A stretch of 64,000 nt of DNA, from positions 124,001-188,000 of the forward strand of contig JYFJ02000197.1 of assembly GCA_000934665.2 (NCBI GenBank), written 5' to 3'. The notes beneath the pieces are model-generated. The model saw only the letters and a program-made list of their open reading frames with translations, made no database searches and was not told the DNA's origin. The stretch comes from Catajapyx aquilonaris (Eukaryota). Numbering within the stretch: position 1 is the first letter of the stretch; every line of letters starts with the position of its first letter. Positions 53,001 through 64,000 of the stretch are shown here, piece after piece. The translations under genes were made by a program, and so were the position numbers.

Positions 53001-56000
53001 ATTCATACTATATGCTAATTTCCTGGCATAATTTCTACAGTGTGTTTCTTGGTATGTGTGCATCAACCAAACATATAATTTGATATTAATTGGTTAATTC
53101 TGTGTTTGTGTCTTCAAACTCTCGGTCTCATATTCGCATGCAGCCCCCCACCCACCTCTTAAACATTTATCTCCTATATCAGTATAGGTAATCTTTCACC
53201 GCCTGACCTACAGGTTACTGAACCATCTAGAAAGGCCCTATATGTAAGGCCAATTTCAGCACAGCCGCTACTCTAGAACTCCCTCTCTAGAGCGGAGAAG
53301 CAAATTGGACTTGAAACTTTTCATCCCACCAAGGCATATCTACACAGAGCCGGTGTCGGTAGTTCATTAAGTTCAACATTTTCGAACTCTCTAAAGAAAA
53401 CCTATAATGGCAACTATCATCCTCAAAAAGGGGGCAGGAAATAGCGAAATCGAAATCCTTTATTCTCATTAAATCTAGCAACCGACTTCTGGCTGCCAAT
53501 CGCTAGAGTTTTCTGCAGGAAACTTCTCCACCTTTGACAAAAGCTGCTTTAATTAACGTGCTGTAATTAAAAGTAATGAGGGAGCAACGTTCCCGCGAGA
53601 CTCCGGAGAAACGAGCTGCAAATTTAGGCAGGCTTTATCCTGCTTCATGATGTCTACAGAATTTTCTCTTCGTGTCTCTGCTAAGTTCAAAGTGATAAAA
53701 CAGATTCCCTGCAAATTCGCAGCGTTCCTCTGAGCCTGTCCCCTGGTACTACTGCTCTATAGTCTACACATAATAAGCTTAGTAGCTCAAATTTAATGCG
53801 AAATAATGTTGTTTTCATACCGATGTGGGGCAGAAAGGTTCATTGTTTTCACTGCAACTATTTAAGTCAGAAATTATGCAATGAATTCTAATGGCAGAGT
53901 TTAAAATCTTGGTCATTCACTTTAACTGTTATAATTGTGCCAACAATATGCGCAAATCAGTTACCCATGAATATATCAATATTATTGTACTGTACAAAGA
54001 ACCTTGCCTGTGAGGTATACCTGCAGCATAATTACAAAAAATTAGTAGTTTGCATTTTTATTGTGGACATTTCTGTCCTATTTTTCCGCTTGAGAGGATT
54101 ATTGTTGTTTACACTCTGGTGCAACATATTTGTCAGCGAGGACTGCCCCAAACAGCGGTGTTTGTTATAATCCTGCTAACTTGATATTGCACTTTTGCGC
54201 TGTGAAAATGGTTTCCATGATGCGAAAAAAAGTTTCTAATGATTCCACGTTTGGTATCACTGCTGCTCTTGACATTTTTGTAAATGTGGTTTTTGTTATC
54301 CTGGCTTGTATGGCTCCCCGGAGAGGAATCCCTCACGGTAAATAATATGAGGTGCTGTGGCTGCATGCAGCGAAAAAGATGATGATGATCGTCATCATCA
54401 TCATCGTAATGGCTGCGTAAATAAAAATATGGCTAGTAATGAAGCAAGTTACATTAGTGCTATATGCGTAGTCCCAAAAAGTAGCTAATCTTAACTTCAT
54501 CCACATTAATAAGGTAGGTTTTATTAACATATAGGTGTAATTATACTCATCACTTTTGTAACTCGAGTTTGTGCAATATTACTTATCAACTGAAAAAAAT
54601 AATGCAGCGGAAAACTGTGCAGCCACTTCCTTTTCCTTTTTCTGTTAGCACGTAATCAAAAGAAACTGAGTTTTCTAGAAGTTTGGAGGGTTCTTAGATG
54701 TTTGCTGCCAATCACTACCATATTGACCCTTTTTTGTATCAAAGTCGTTACGCTAGTTGCACTTCCTACACCAAATTACTGCAAAAAGTACCAGATTTCT
54801 TGCTGAGAAGCGAAGCTGAAAAGGAGGAAACAGGGGACGGCTGGTTTGCTACGGCGAGAAACCAAATACTCTAGCCAACAATAAAGTGGACGTTCTAGAA
54901 AAAATGCACTGGCATGCATGGGCTAGTAACTAACTAAATTACACGGTCACTTAAGCCAGTTTTGTAGTGGGCCTGCTTTTATGTTGTTAAATCGATGGCG
55001 CAACAAAAACAGCTGCATTTGGTGTTGTTGTTGTTGTTTTTGTAGTAGAATGGAAATGTGAACTTTCTCATTTTTGCTACCATGTTTAGTGGCCAAAATG
55101 CCGAGTTCCAGGCTCAATCTCACTTCAGTGTCACATGCCACGTGATGTGTAAGGATAATTAACTATTCTTGAGCAGTTGTTTGTGTTACTTGTGCTACAG
55201 TTAAGTTTACGTTCATTTGTTACCCCAGAAACAAAATCTCTTTCTGCAGCTAGAATTCGGTTGTGTAAACCAGCATTAGGTACAACACACAAACCGCAAA
55301 GCCACAACCAGAAAATGCCAACTTGGCCAACTTCGCCGAATCCCCGGAATTGCCGACTTTTAAGCTAAACTTATCGAACTATATGGGAAGGAATGATTTA
55401 TAAAACCGATCTTTTGGAGTAAACTTCCCGACTATACCCTCCACCATCAGAATAATCCTAATTGGAGGAACCTGAATATTCATGCAAAAGGGGAGCGCCG
55501 GAACCTTCATCTTCAATCAAACAAACAAAAACTACAACTGTCGGAATAGGTATATGGCGTTTCCGGAAATGCTAATCTCAGGATGCAATCAATCATAGTA
55601 AATGAGGTATAGCCATCATGCTTTCTCCTTTTTTGTTTCCTATAGTTCAAAGGAACGAACCTGCGGCCCTTTCCTGCATTTCCATGGCGGCAGCTAAGAA
55701 GGTGCAGGCATTATGCGTAGTCATAGTTGCAGTGATGTGGTCCTCGCAACTTCTCTTCAACTCTTCCACGCCCATTTCCTGAGCCAAAGACAGCATCTCA
55801 AATACGGCATTGTCTTGCAACATGAGCTGAAAAGAAAACGTAGAGGTTAAATTGTGCGGATTAGAAACATCAAACTACATATGACTATATGACTCAAAAT
55901 ATGGTATTTCAACTAAGCAGGTCCTTGACCTCGTGTCTCGCCGGGTACATACGAAGAAGGTTATTTGACATTCAATTATGTAGGTTTGAGGCAATCTTTA

Positions 56001-59000
56001 CTGAGAGCGAATAAGCACATTTCCGACTAAGGCTCATTTAAAAGAGTGTTTAGCAGGAGAATAGAGCGGGCTGAATTGCCAAACTTCACAACTCTCTTTC
56101 GCCAACGAGCACTTTCTACCGGTTTACGACTGCACCGACTCAAGAAAATCCGGGAGATATTTTCCATGAAATGAAAGAGTAGGGAAGAATCCTCCTTGTC
56201 ACTTGATCCGATATTGCGTCTCTTCTTTGCCAGCAGAGAGCCTCCAGGATTTTAGTCTCCACAAAATGTTGCCAGAAAAACCAAGTTGGAGTGTGTGGTT
56301 TCCGTTGTTACAGTGGCTGTCAATGTCTTATTGCTTTTTATATCAAATGTTTTTTTGTGCTACAAGATACAACCAATATTTTCCAACTTTTGTGATGCTA
56401 CAGGCTGATTCTGAACACTAAAAGTTTTTTGCATTAATATTTTTATTACCAATGCTTCGGTCTGATGTCGTCATAATTGAAGTGCAAATCATTCCTCATA
56501 CTTAATATTCCCGGCCATATAAATCAAAGTAGGCTGAACATTATTACTTTTTCACGCTTTTGGCACGCACATTTTTACATAGTACACCTAGTTTCCCAGT
56601 AGCAAATCCAACCTTCTCACCTTTTGAGCACGAGCTTGATTCCCGACCACGTACTAAAGCACACTATGAAATATCCGCCCATGATTTCTCAATCCGGCCA
56701 TTTACTACGTCCTTATATCACGCACGTATTTTACAAGGCATATTGATAATATGTTATTAATAATAACCAAAAGCTGCTAAATTACATCAACGATTAGTTA
56801 TACTACTTTAGCGACTTGTCTCATGTGCAATCTCAAAAGTTTTTCGCCGCTATTTAAACCTATTCCTTATTTTATTGCTCGAACTCCTGGCACAGAACAA
56901 GGTGTTAGAGAGCACCACCTTGCGCCAAATTGATTCGAAACGCACCATTCGATTCGTAATTTTTGCACTTCGGCGAGCGGATACTGCGCCATAAAGAAAC
57001 TGGAATGGTCCCAAGCATTGACACCTCAAGCGCTGGATCTCACGAATTCAGTATCATTATAGTTTCCACACTATATCAACAACTGACTAAAATAATTCCG
57101 GCCATAGTCGAACGCTACAAAAATGAATAAAGAATGAGAGAGAATATTGCATTTTGGGCCTTTCCCCCCTTTGCGATTAAGGAGGCAGCACGAACCCGGG
57201 GGTCGCCATGAGAACAAGGGGAATTCATTTAGGATACAAGCCAGGGGAGGGTGAATTCGAGTCACAAGATGAAAGTCCGGAGAATATTTCCGTCTAGACT
57301 TTTCCTCGTCCCCTCCAATACAACAGTTCTCTTGATTAGACATCAATTTAGTGTTGGCAAGGCGGATAATGGCACGTTCAGAAACGCTTGCCAAGAATGA
57401 GGAAAAGTCGAGGAAAAAATGAGATTGGTGACTGTTTTGTTGTGAAACAGTCGTTGGCAGGCATATACAACAGACAAACTCGTGTCAAACAAATTGTACA
57501 AGTTCTGTGTTTTGACGACTTCATGTGGACCGTTTTTTTGCAAACACTCTTATTCTTTCGTCTCGCAGATTCTTTGTAACTGATCTTCTGGGAAAGAGGA
57601 AGAGAAAAGTGTCCATTTGTCCCTTTTTTCATATTAATGGAACATTTTTTGTTGGCCATGTTTTCCATTGCCGGCTGGCTAGAAAAGTGCTCTTCATTTA
57701 GGAAATTGTTATTTTCAGCTCTACAATTTAGACCTTTGTTTTTTTAGAATACCAAAGTAATATATGCCTACCATCCAGTTCTGGAAACATGTTATTCACT
57801 AAGCACTTCATTCAAAAAAGAAAATGTTTTGTGCTTTTCTGGCCTTTCTTGATCTCTGCAAAACATCCTCGTGTCTTTTTAAGTAAATATAGCTATATCA
57901 TCGTTTGACTACAGTAGTTATAGACTATAGACCATGAAATAAATTCATCTTTTCAGCCAATCAAGTCAATTCTAATGTCATCTGAACTACCTTCCAGAAA
58001 TGTGCACCCAACGTCCTTTTCAGTTCTGGGGTGCAACTTTTCACAAACCGCTAATATTGCAGATCAAAAGAGCTGAAATGCAGGCACAGTTTCAGACAGT
58101 TCATTTCGGAAGCCCTTTCGCTTTTGGAGAGTCGGAGCGTAATCTAATACTTGAATGCGTACAAGACCAGGGAAGGAAGACATGGAAATTGGAGGAAAGT
58201 CATTCAATTAACGTGGGGGAACTGCATTTGTAACTGACAGCAGCACTTCTGACGAAATGCAGAAGCATCTACATGGAAATATATTATTAGGTTGAACGGA
58301 TCCGTTGCCTCCCTTTGTGTTAGAGCACTGAGTCATAAACTGTAAAAATTTGACGTCAAAAAGTCAGGTTGAATTTCAATTCAGGATGGCTTCATTTCCA
58401 TTGTACACAGTAATGAGAAGTTTTATCAGACTTCTGTAATGACCTCCGGGTCTATCGTCCGATACTATTTCCCCCTAACTGTATACCCCACTGGACTGAT
58501 AAGTACAATTAATCAAATCTGCCAATAGTCTGCGGTGTGAGATAACGTATTTGAAAGGCAGCTACCGCGCTCTTCCATTTTTATCTGCCGTGGGATTATT
58601 TTTCACCAGCTCAAAACAAGAGAGCCCCAGCGAGCGTTTCACCGACGTCATTGATTCTCCGAGATAATGTATCTTGGGGTTATTTTGCTTCCAGCGCGCG
58701 TCAGATCGAGGTAGTTATTGGAAATATTGCAGCTAACATAGCCAGCATAATTTCCCTTTTCCACTGCGGCCTTTCTGCCTCCTGGCAAAGTTGGAAACTG
58801 TATAGACTCCCGAACATGCATATTCTTACCTATGTGGGTTTTATAATCGGATTTTTTAACGGCTCGGCGACGCACGTGCTGAATCCATAAACACTCCATA
58901 CCTTTCCATATCTGAGCGGGCCATTCCTTCCAAATGGATCTAACTGAGACGGAACCACTCAGGCTATTAGGAAGATAGGAGGCGTCAATTTACTATCCCT

Positions 59001-61384
59001 TTGTTTTCTTTTGCAATTCCGGTCGGATGGAAAATGGAGGAGCGGGCTTTTTCCCTGCCGTCCTTGTGTTCAGCAGGGGCCCGGGAGACAAAGACACATC
59101 GCCCAGCCTCCCCAAGACTTACTACTGTACATCAGGGGACAATGGCGGACTTCCCACCTAATCCTGTATCTTGCAAAGTTACGAATGACTCCCGTCAGCG
59201 AACTGACCCCAATTGTTCGTCGTTTCGACCGCAAAGGCCGATTCAGCCGGATATAAATGTGCGATGACGGTGGTCCGGCTGTGTATCAACGCCACCTATG
59301 GTTAGCGTCGGAAGGCGTCAAAGCTGGGGGAAACAGCCAGGGAAGGTTATATATAAAATTGTATCGGCGTTCTGTGCTGCAGATGGTTAGTGAGGATTTC
59401 ACTTTGACTACCTGGATGAAAGAAGGGAAGGTTCTATAGTCTCGGGATCGATAGTAGCCGTTGCATTGGAGGGGAAAGAAAGTCGGGGGGAACAATTAAA
59501 GAAGAAGAGAGGGCGCCAAAAGGAGGCAGGCGAACAAAGGATGATTGATGGAGACGCTGGGCCAGGGTGTTTTTTTCAGGATCTTATGCCCGCAGAGTAT
59601 ATGACTGTATAAGTAAACGTGAACAACAACAGCATGGTATTCTTTGCAAAATGAAATTGAGAATCTGATTCTGCCTCTTTGTAGTCGATAATGTATTGTG
59701 CTGCAATGCGTGCTATGCCACTGTTAAAGGAGAGAACCACTCTACTTCAGGGAATGGGTTTAAACACTCTACATAATATTTGGTAAATGTTGTTAGAAAA
59801 AATTGCAAATGAGAATAACAATATTGAAACATGCTAGTCGTGAATATGACAGTTATGCCAGTCAAATTCCATTCGCCAGTAATTTAATTTACTCCTGTGG
59901 CTTTGTGGGCCAGATTATCATTTCGGCTAAATGAAGTGGACAGTGTACATGCAGGTTACATCAGAGCATACAGCGCGATACGTATGCTCGTGCATAGCGA
60001 CTCAAATAATTAACAGGACGTGTTTCCCAATACTTCTGCATATGTCGCAATAAAACTCGTCATAACAAGTTGAATTACCATAGTATGCCTATGTGCATGC
60101 ATTACCAGGCACTCTGATTTGGAAAGTAATACATCCTATCGGAATTGAGCAAAGGTGGTTATGACTTTACACAGGCAGTAGGTCAATATTTCATATTTTA
60201 ATTAAAATCCAGAATCTATAAGCAACATCAAAAATTTCTAGCTTGATATAGCCTACTTCGGACAACAACATGAGCAGCATCAAAACACTGTATAGCCTCC
60301 AGCTCAACCTGTTATCAAGTCACACGTGCCCTCATCTAAAATAATTTTTGCTACAAATCACAATTTTATATCTTTGTTTGCTGTGGACCAAAAAAATCGA
60401 TTGTTCTCTTGAATTCTGGCTCGGACCTGGAGGGCATAAAACAGCATAGGTTGTCGGTCTATCGCTGACGATAGGAAGGGCTTTACAACCGTACTTTATA
60501 ACCTCATGCATGGTGCTGCTCACTAGCTATTTTGAACCGGGGCAGCCTCGGGTTATTGCTTCCGTCATCCGTCACATCCATCCGGAGCTCACCCCTTGTG
60601 TTTGAGTGTCCATTAGAGGATCTTCACCCCATGTTTTTTTCCTCATTCACTCTTGCCCGCATCCAGTATGTCCCTCACCCAACCGTAACATCTGAGGAAG
60701 GGAAAGGGTCATATGTCCAATTGGACATTCCTCGTCTCACACTGTCAGGTAGGATTACTGTAGTCCCTTCTCTTATTTTTTTTGTTCGGCAAATCTTTTC
60801 CCTCGGCGGATATTGTGTTTTCTCCCCTATCTCGGGGGGTCGCGGTTTCTGCAGGAGTGAAAAATGTGTTTGCTTTTGAAGAATTCGATATGTGCCAGCT
60901 TTGTTCTGATGGGTATACAAGTGGTCCAGTTCGCAGGGTAAGATGTTCACACAAGCAGGTGCAACGTTCCCACTTTTGAACTTTCATGATGTTGTAAATG
61001 GGGCTGGCACTGTTTATGCAGGAAAACTAGAGGTTTATGGCCCCATTTGAGGTTCAGTATTATCCTTCGCTAATTAATGTATAGTAGTTTGGCCACACCT
61101 ATACGTTTTTATATGGGGGAATGTCAAGTATATAAACAAGTAGGTTGAAATGCATGATATTTTGATGAAAATGTTACACAGTTCTCAAATGTCATCAAAT
61201 TTCACCAACTTCACCTTGGGTTCTTACCTTTCCGGTGTAGACGTACATGATGAACTGCTGAAATGTGTCCCCTTGGAAATGAGGTAGTCGAATCGGCGTC
61301 GGATTTCCGGGCGCACTGGGTGTGACAGTACATCCCGGAATTTTGCATATCTCCCCTCGCTTCAGGTTTTGAAAGCTTTTGCAC
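49827..61384 (-). CDS. Spliced gene (5'-partial) encoding a BTB/POZ-BACK-TLDc domain protein; exons 61228-61384, 55661-55826, 51672-51805, 51432-51591, 50483-50658, 50093-50424, 49827-50010
   Basis: I translated all seven exons by hand. All introns are GT-AG (5401, 3855, 80, 773, 58, 82 bp) and the phases match at every junction. The 1309 coding nt are open through to TGA at 49827-49829. Motifs: BTB (IRLPHFQGDTFQQFIMYVYTGK...LAQEMGVEELKRSCED), BACK (FLNLSKEAVIKLISSDYLAVEEEDVWRAMLDW), TLDc (WRMIFQASTHGFS...GEICGGFSDVPW...GPIFGAGADL...FTVLDYEVY). No start codon found in the window. Confidence 0.95.
50093..50424 (-). CDS. Exon, TLDc domain N-terminal part: DKNSFQRALNSWYGSPKQGWRMIFQASTHGFSADNFHRHCDGIAPTYVVVLGTHGEICGGFSDVPW...AVCYHP(D)
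   Basis: Acceptor tttttaaag| and donor GA|gtaagt. TLDc signature 'W..IF.AS.HGFS...F...C....PT'. Overlaps ORF 50089..50361. Confidence 0.95.
50483..50658 (-). CDS. Exon, BACK-TLDc linker: (D)SQVFAEEVEPTGAVPMELSLERYRYAALPNKFREQSEDKRLQPRMSLKLFPGSRILLQ
   Basis: Acceptor tttttcag| and donor CAG|gtaggt. In frame with both neighbours. Overlaps ORF 50420..50674. Confidence 0.92.
51432..51591 (-). CDS. Exon, BACK domain: LAVEEEDVWRAMLDWAKFQAGVTQPTAHWTEQERVSVCQQLSGVINHVRLLLI(D)
   Basis: Acceptor ttcag| and donor G|gtatgg. BACK 'EE.VW.A...W' and 'VRL' motifs. Confidence 0.93.
51672..51805 (-). CDS. Exon, BACK domain start: (G)SKGSKGFVDRCIAYIGENATETFKTNSFLNLSKEAVIKLISSDY
   Basis: Acceptor ttttcgcag| and donor |gtgagt. 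BACK 'FL.LS...I.LISSD' motif. Overlaps ORF 51525..51836. Confidence 0.93.
54378..54405. repeat. Inverted microsatellite (GAT)4-CGTC-(ATC)4, a perfect 12-bp hairpin in an intron
   Basis: GATGATGATGAT at 54378-54389 is the reverse complement of ATCATCATCATC at 54394-54405. Confidence 0.8.
55661..55826 (-). CDS. Exon, BTB C-terminus/3-box: LMLQDNAVFEMLSLAQEMGVEELKRSCEDHITATMTTHNACTFLAAAMEMQERAA(G)
   Basis: Acceptor ttttcttttcag| and donor G|gttcgt (weak, but phase 1 matches the next exon). BTB 'LA..MGV.EL...C' and 'NAC..L..A' motifs. Confidence 0.92.
61228..61384 (-). CDS. Exon, BTB domain core: (R)CKSFQNLKRGEICKIPGCTVTPSAPGNPTPIRLPHFQGDTFQQFIMYVYTGK
   Basis: Acceptor ttatag|G at 61385-61386 and donor AAG|gtaag at 61227. 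Typical BTB 'F..F..YVYTG' motif. Not in the supplied ORF track. Confidence 0.92.
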
Positions 61385-63696
61385 CTATAAAGTAATAAAA
61401 ATTCAGGATTCAGTATGATTTCTCAAAGTCCAAAAATGGAAACATCACTAAAAAGTAAGATTGTCCACCTGAAGTCCAAATCTGCTCCGAATTTATTAAG
61501 ACAGGTTTCCATTTAGGTAGAAATTATTTTCGAGCAATTATACTGGAAGCCTTGAGAAAGGAAGCGTGCATCGCCATTCGTCTTACGGCCTTTATTACAA
61601 TGTCTCCAATTAAAACAGAATTACCCTGGGAATACAGTCCAAAATGAATCACCGCTTATCATTTGGTTCCAGAGGGATCTCCCCCCCTTCCCTCTTTCAT
61701 AAGTCATGCACATTGCAAAGCGCTCGCAAATATTATACGGCTCATATATCTGCTGGAACTCATCGGGGTCCGACATATTTTTTTAATCGTCTGTATTGCA
61801 ATACTGCTCGCAGTACTGCGTTGCGGTCTGCTCGTGTTGTAATTACAGAACTTTTGATGGATTGGTTCGGGCACACAATTCTGCTGTGCACTCTACAAAA
61901 TTATTGGTACAATTTTTTTCTCCATATACTGCATGACTTGTTTAGATATTCAATATTAGTACAGTATTTATTATCAAATCATTATTTCTATATACTCAGC
62001 CCAGAATTTGATGTGGAAAGAACGTCTGTGTTTGGGCAAGATGAACCATGCGTGACTCACAGAACTCGTATATATATGAACAACCGGATCGATGTTCAAG
62101 AAAGGTTTTTCCTCCAAATACAAAGGTCGGTTCCCTCTGTCTAAACTTGCATCCAGCTACATTATGGTTGCGTATGAGGGTGAGAAACGCTGGCAGCTGC
62201 GGTTATAAATTCCAGCAATGAACGAAATGAATGCGTGCTCCGGTTAATACCCTCTCTTCTGATGAGCTGCGAAATTCCCCCAAATTATTCACGCGTATTC
62301 CCCAATCTTCCCCCCACACTAATTCTCCCTTTGGCTTTCCTATCTTGTACATATAGGATTGCCGGTAGCCCTCGGGGTTAAAAGGGTGGCAGGCAAAATT
62401 AGAGGTGACCCCAAAGGTCGCCCCGGGGGGTGTGAATATTGCCGGAACTAATCCTTCTTAATTCCAGATAGGGGTGACCACACGTCTGATCCTATTCAGG
62501 GTGACAACGGGGTGGGGAATAATATTAAGAAAAAAAATCAGATCAACAAATCGGGCTTGATATTGACATTTGCAAATCATTCCTATTCTCCGAAGAATCC
62601 ATGCGTTGATGAGATCTTCCACTTCAACATCTCACGCCGCAAACGAAATAAATCTCAATTCTATTTCCCGAGGTAGGAGATAGAAGGGCTAGACTAGAGG
62701 GAAAAAAAGCTGCAGTGATCCGAACCAATTCAGCCCAAACCCTGTCAAACTTTCTCTGCTGATCAGGTCGAAAAGCGAAGGCACGTTTCTCTTCTCCAAT
62801 AGAGCATCCCTGAACGTTAAAAAAAAGAAAAAGGGTTTTCCGGATTTTCTCGGGCAATCTCGCAGCAGCCGGCCAGCAAGGAGATTGATTGATCTCCAGG
62901 GTTCAAAGGCCAAAGCAGACGACTGATCGTCTCCTGTCACGTGCTGATTGGTTGCAACTCGTCCTTTCCTGATTCGTAAAAAAAATCACTTTCCTAGGAT
63001 TGTCCAATACATGTTCACGTTTTTTTTCTCGATTTCACATGAGACATGTTGCGTGTTGGAGTCTCAAAAAATGCGCCAGAATCGATTTTCGTTATCATCT
63101 TTCCCCCATATGGTCTCTTCAGAAAATATCGCAGGGGATGGGGGAGGGATCACGCGCGCTTCATGGGGTGGTAGCAGCATTAGACGTTCATAGTTGCTGA
63201 GTAATTCAGAGGGGTTAAAATCTCCAGAGGAAATAGAGCACACATACTCAATTAACAAAAAGGAAGCAAGTTCATTCGATAGTGTCATAAAATTTTCTGT
63301 GAGAAAAATTACTTCCCATCCGGAATGAACATATTATTTACAATAAATCATCCTTCAGGTACTATTATTCGCAATCATTTCATGATCCTAATTTCAAACA
63401 AATTCATCGGAATGCAACGATATGACCCTATAGTCGACTCCCTTTTAAACACAAACATTTTCCATTCCCGAGTACAAGGCCTAGGAATGGCGTGGTACAG
63501 GACAAAATTAATGATACACCTGAAACCCGCCCCCACAGACCCTGATTGATCCCCATTTTGATGCTAACGAGCCAAATGTCATTGCCGCCAAATGACGAAT
63601 TTGTGGCGTATACCAATGAGCAAGTGGATTAAACCACGGGGGGGCCTTTGAGCTGGTTCTGGGCAGAGACAAAAGGATGTGACTATAGGGTTTAGT

Positions 63697-63931
63697 TTCC
63701 CCCCCTCCCTCCCCTACCCCTCTCTTTTCTCTTTCTCTCCCATATTCCCCAACCCAACATGACGCCGTCTGCCCGGGCGTGTTTGCGCCACATGCTGCAG
63801 AACCCAACACCCTCTCCATTTATCACCACAGACAGCCCCAGGAATAATAGCCGCACTAACCAAATCCACCCCATAACCCAGCCCACCCAGCACCCACACA
63901 CTCACGCCCACCCACACACCCACTCACCTAC
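63697..63931. repeat. C-rich low-complexity tract (G/GT-rich on the gene's sense strand)
   Basis: Runs such as cccccctccctcccctacccc and cccacccagcacccacacactcacgcccacccacacacccac. Confidence 0.6.
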
Positions 63932-64000
63932 CTGATCCCTGTCGACGGTACATATGCAATAATTATGCATCGATTCTGAAATGCACGTATGAAAAAATGG

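Noticed and set aside
61644..62144. Longest ORF in the track (166 aa, + strand)
   Set aside because: Antisense within an intron of the BTB gene, with non-coding-like composition and no domain.
1..64000. E(spl)/HES or Bearded-family genes, conserved miRNAs, CRISPR arrays
   Set aside because: No WRPW-ending or bHLH ORF, no conserved miRNA mature sequence that I could recognise by eye (not an exhaustive search), and no regularly spaced repeats.

Overview
Eukaryotic DNA, most likely from a hexapod/arthropod, judged by GT-AG introns and an insect-type tRNA-derived SINE. I see no prokaryotic features (no operons, CRISPR or rRNA). The only well-supported protein gene is on the minus strand: seven spliced exons (61384 down to stop at 49827) that join in frame to give about 435 aa of a BTB/POZ-BACK-TLDc protein. 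Its N-terminal exon(s) lie beyond the right edge. Positions 1 to ~49.8 kb contain no recognisable host coding exon. That region holds a tRNA-headed SINE with a 15-bp target-site duplication (TSD), a 5'-truncated LINE 3' end with a 16-bp TSD and terminal stem-loop, a 32-bp LINE-tail micro-insertion with a 14-bp TSD, and a decayed LINE ORF2 remnant. It also shows an apparent excess of Su(H)/CSL (Notch) sites and a possible first exon of a second minus-strand gene near 9.2 kb. Almost all ORFs in the supplied track look spurious. The most interesting biology is the BTB-BACK-TLDc architecture, a possible CUL3 adaptor coupled to a V-ATPase-binding domain. I found no clear evidence of a wholly new system.
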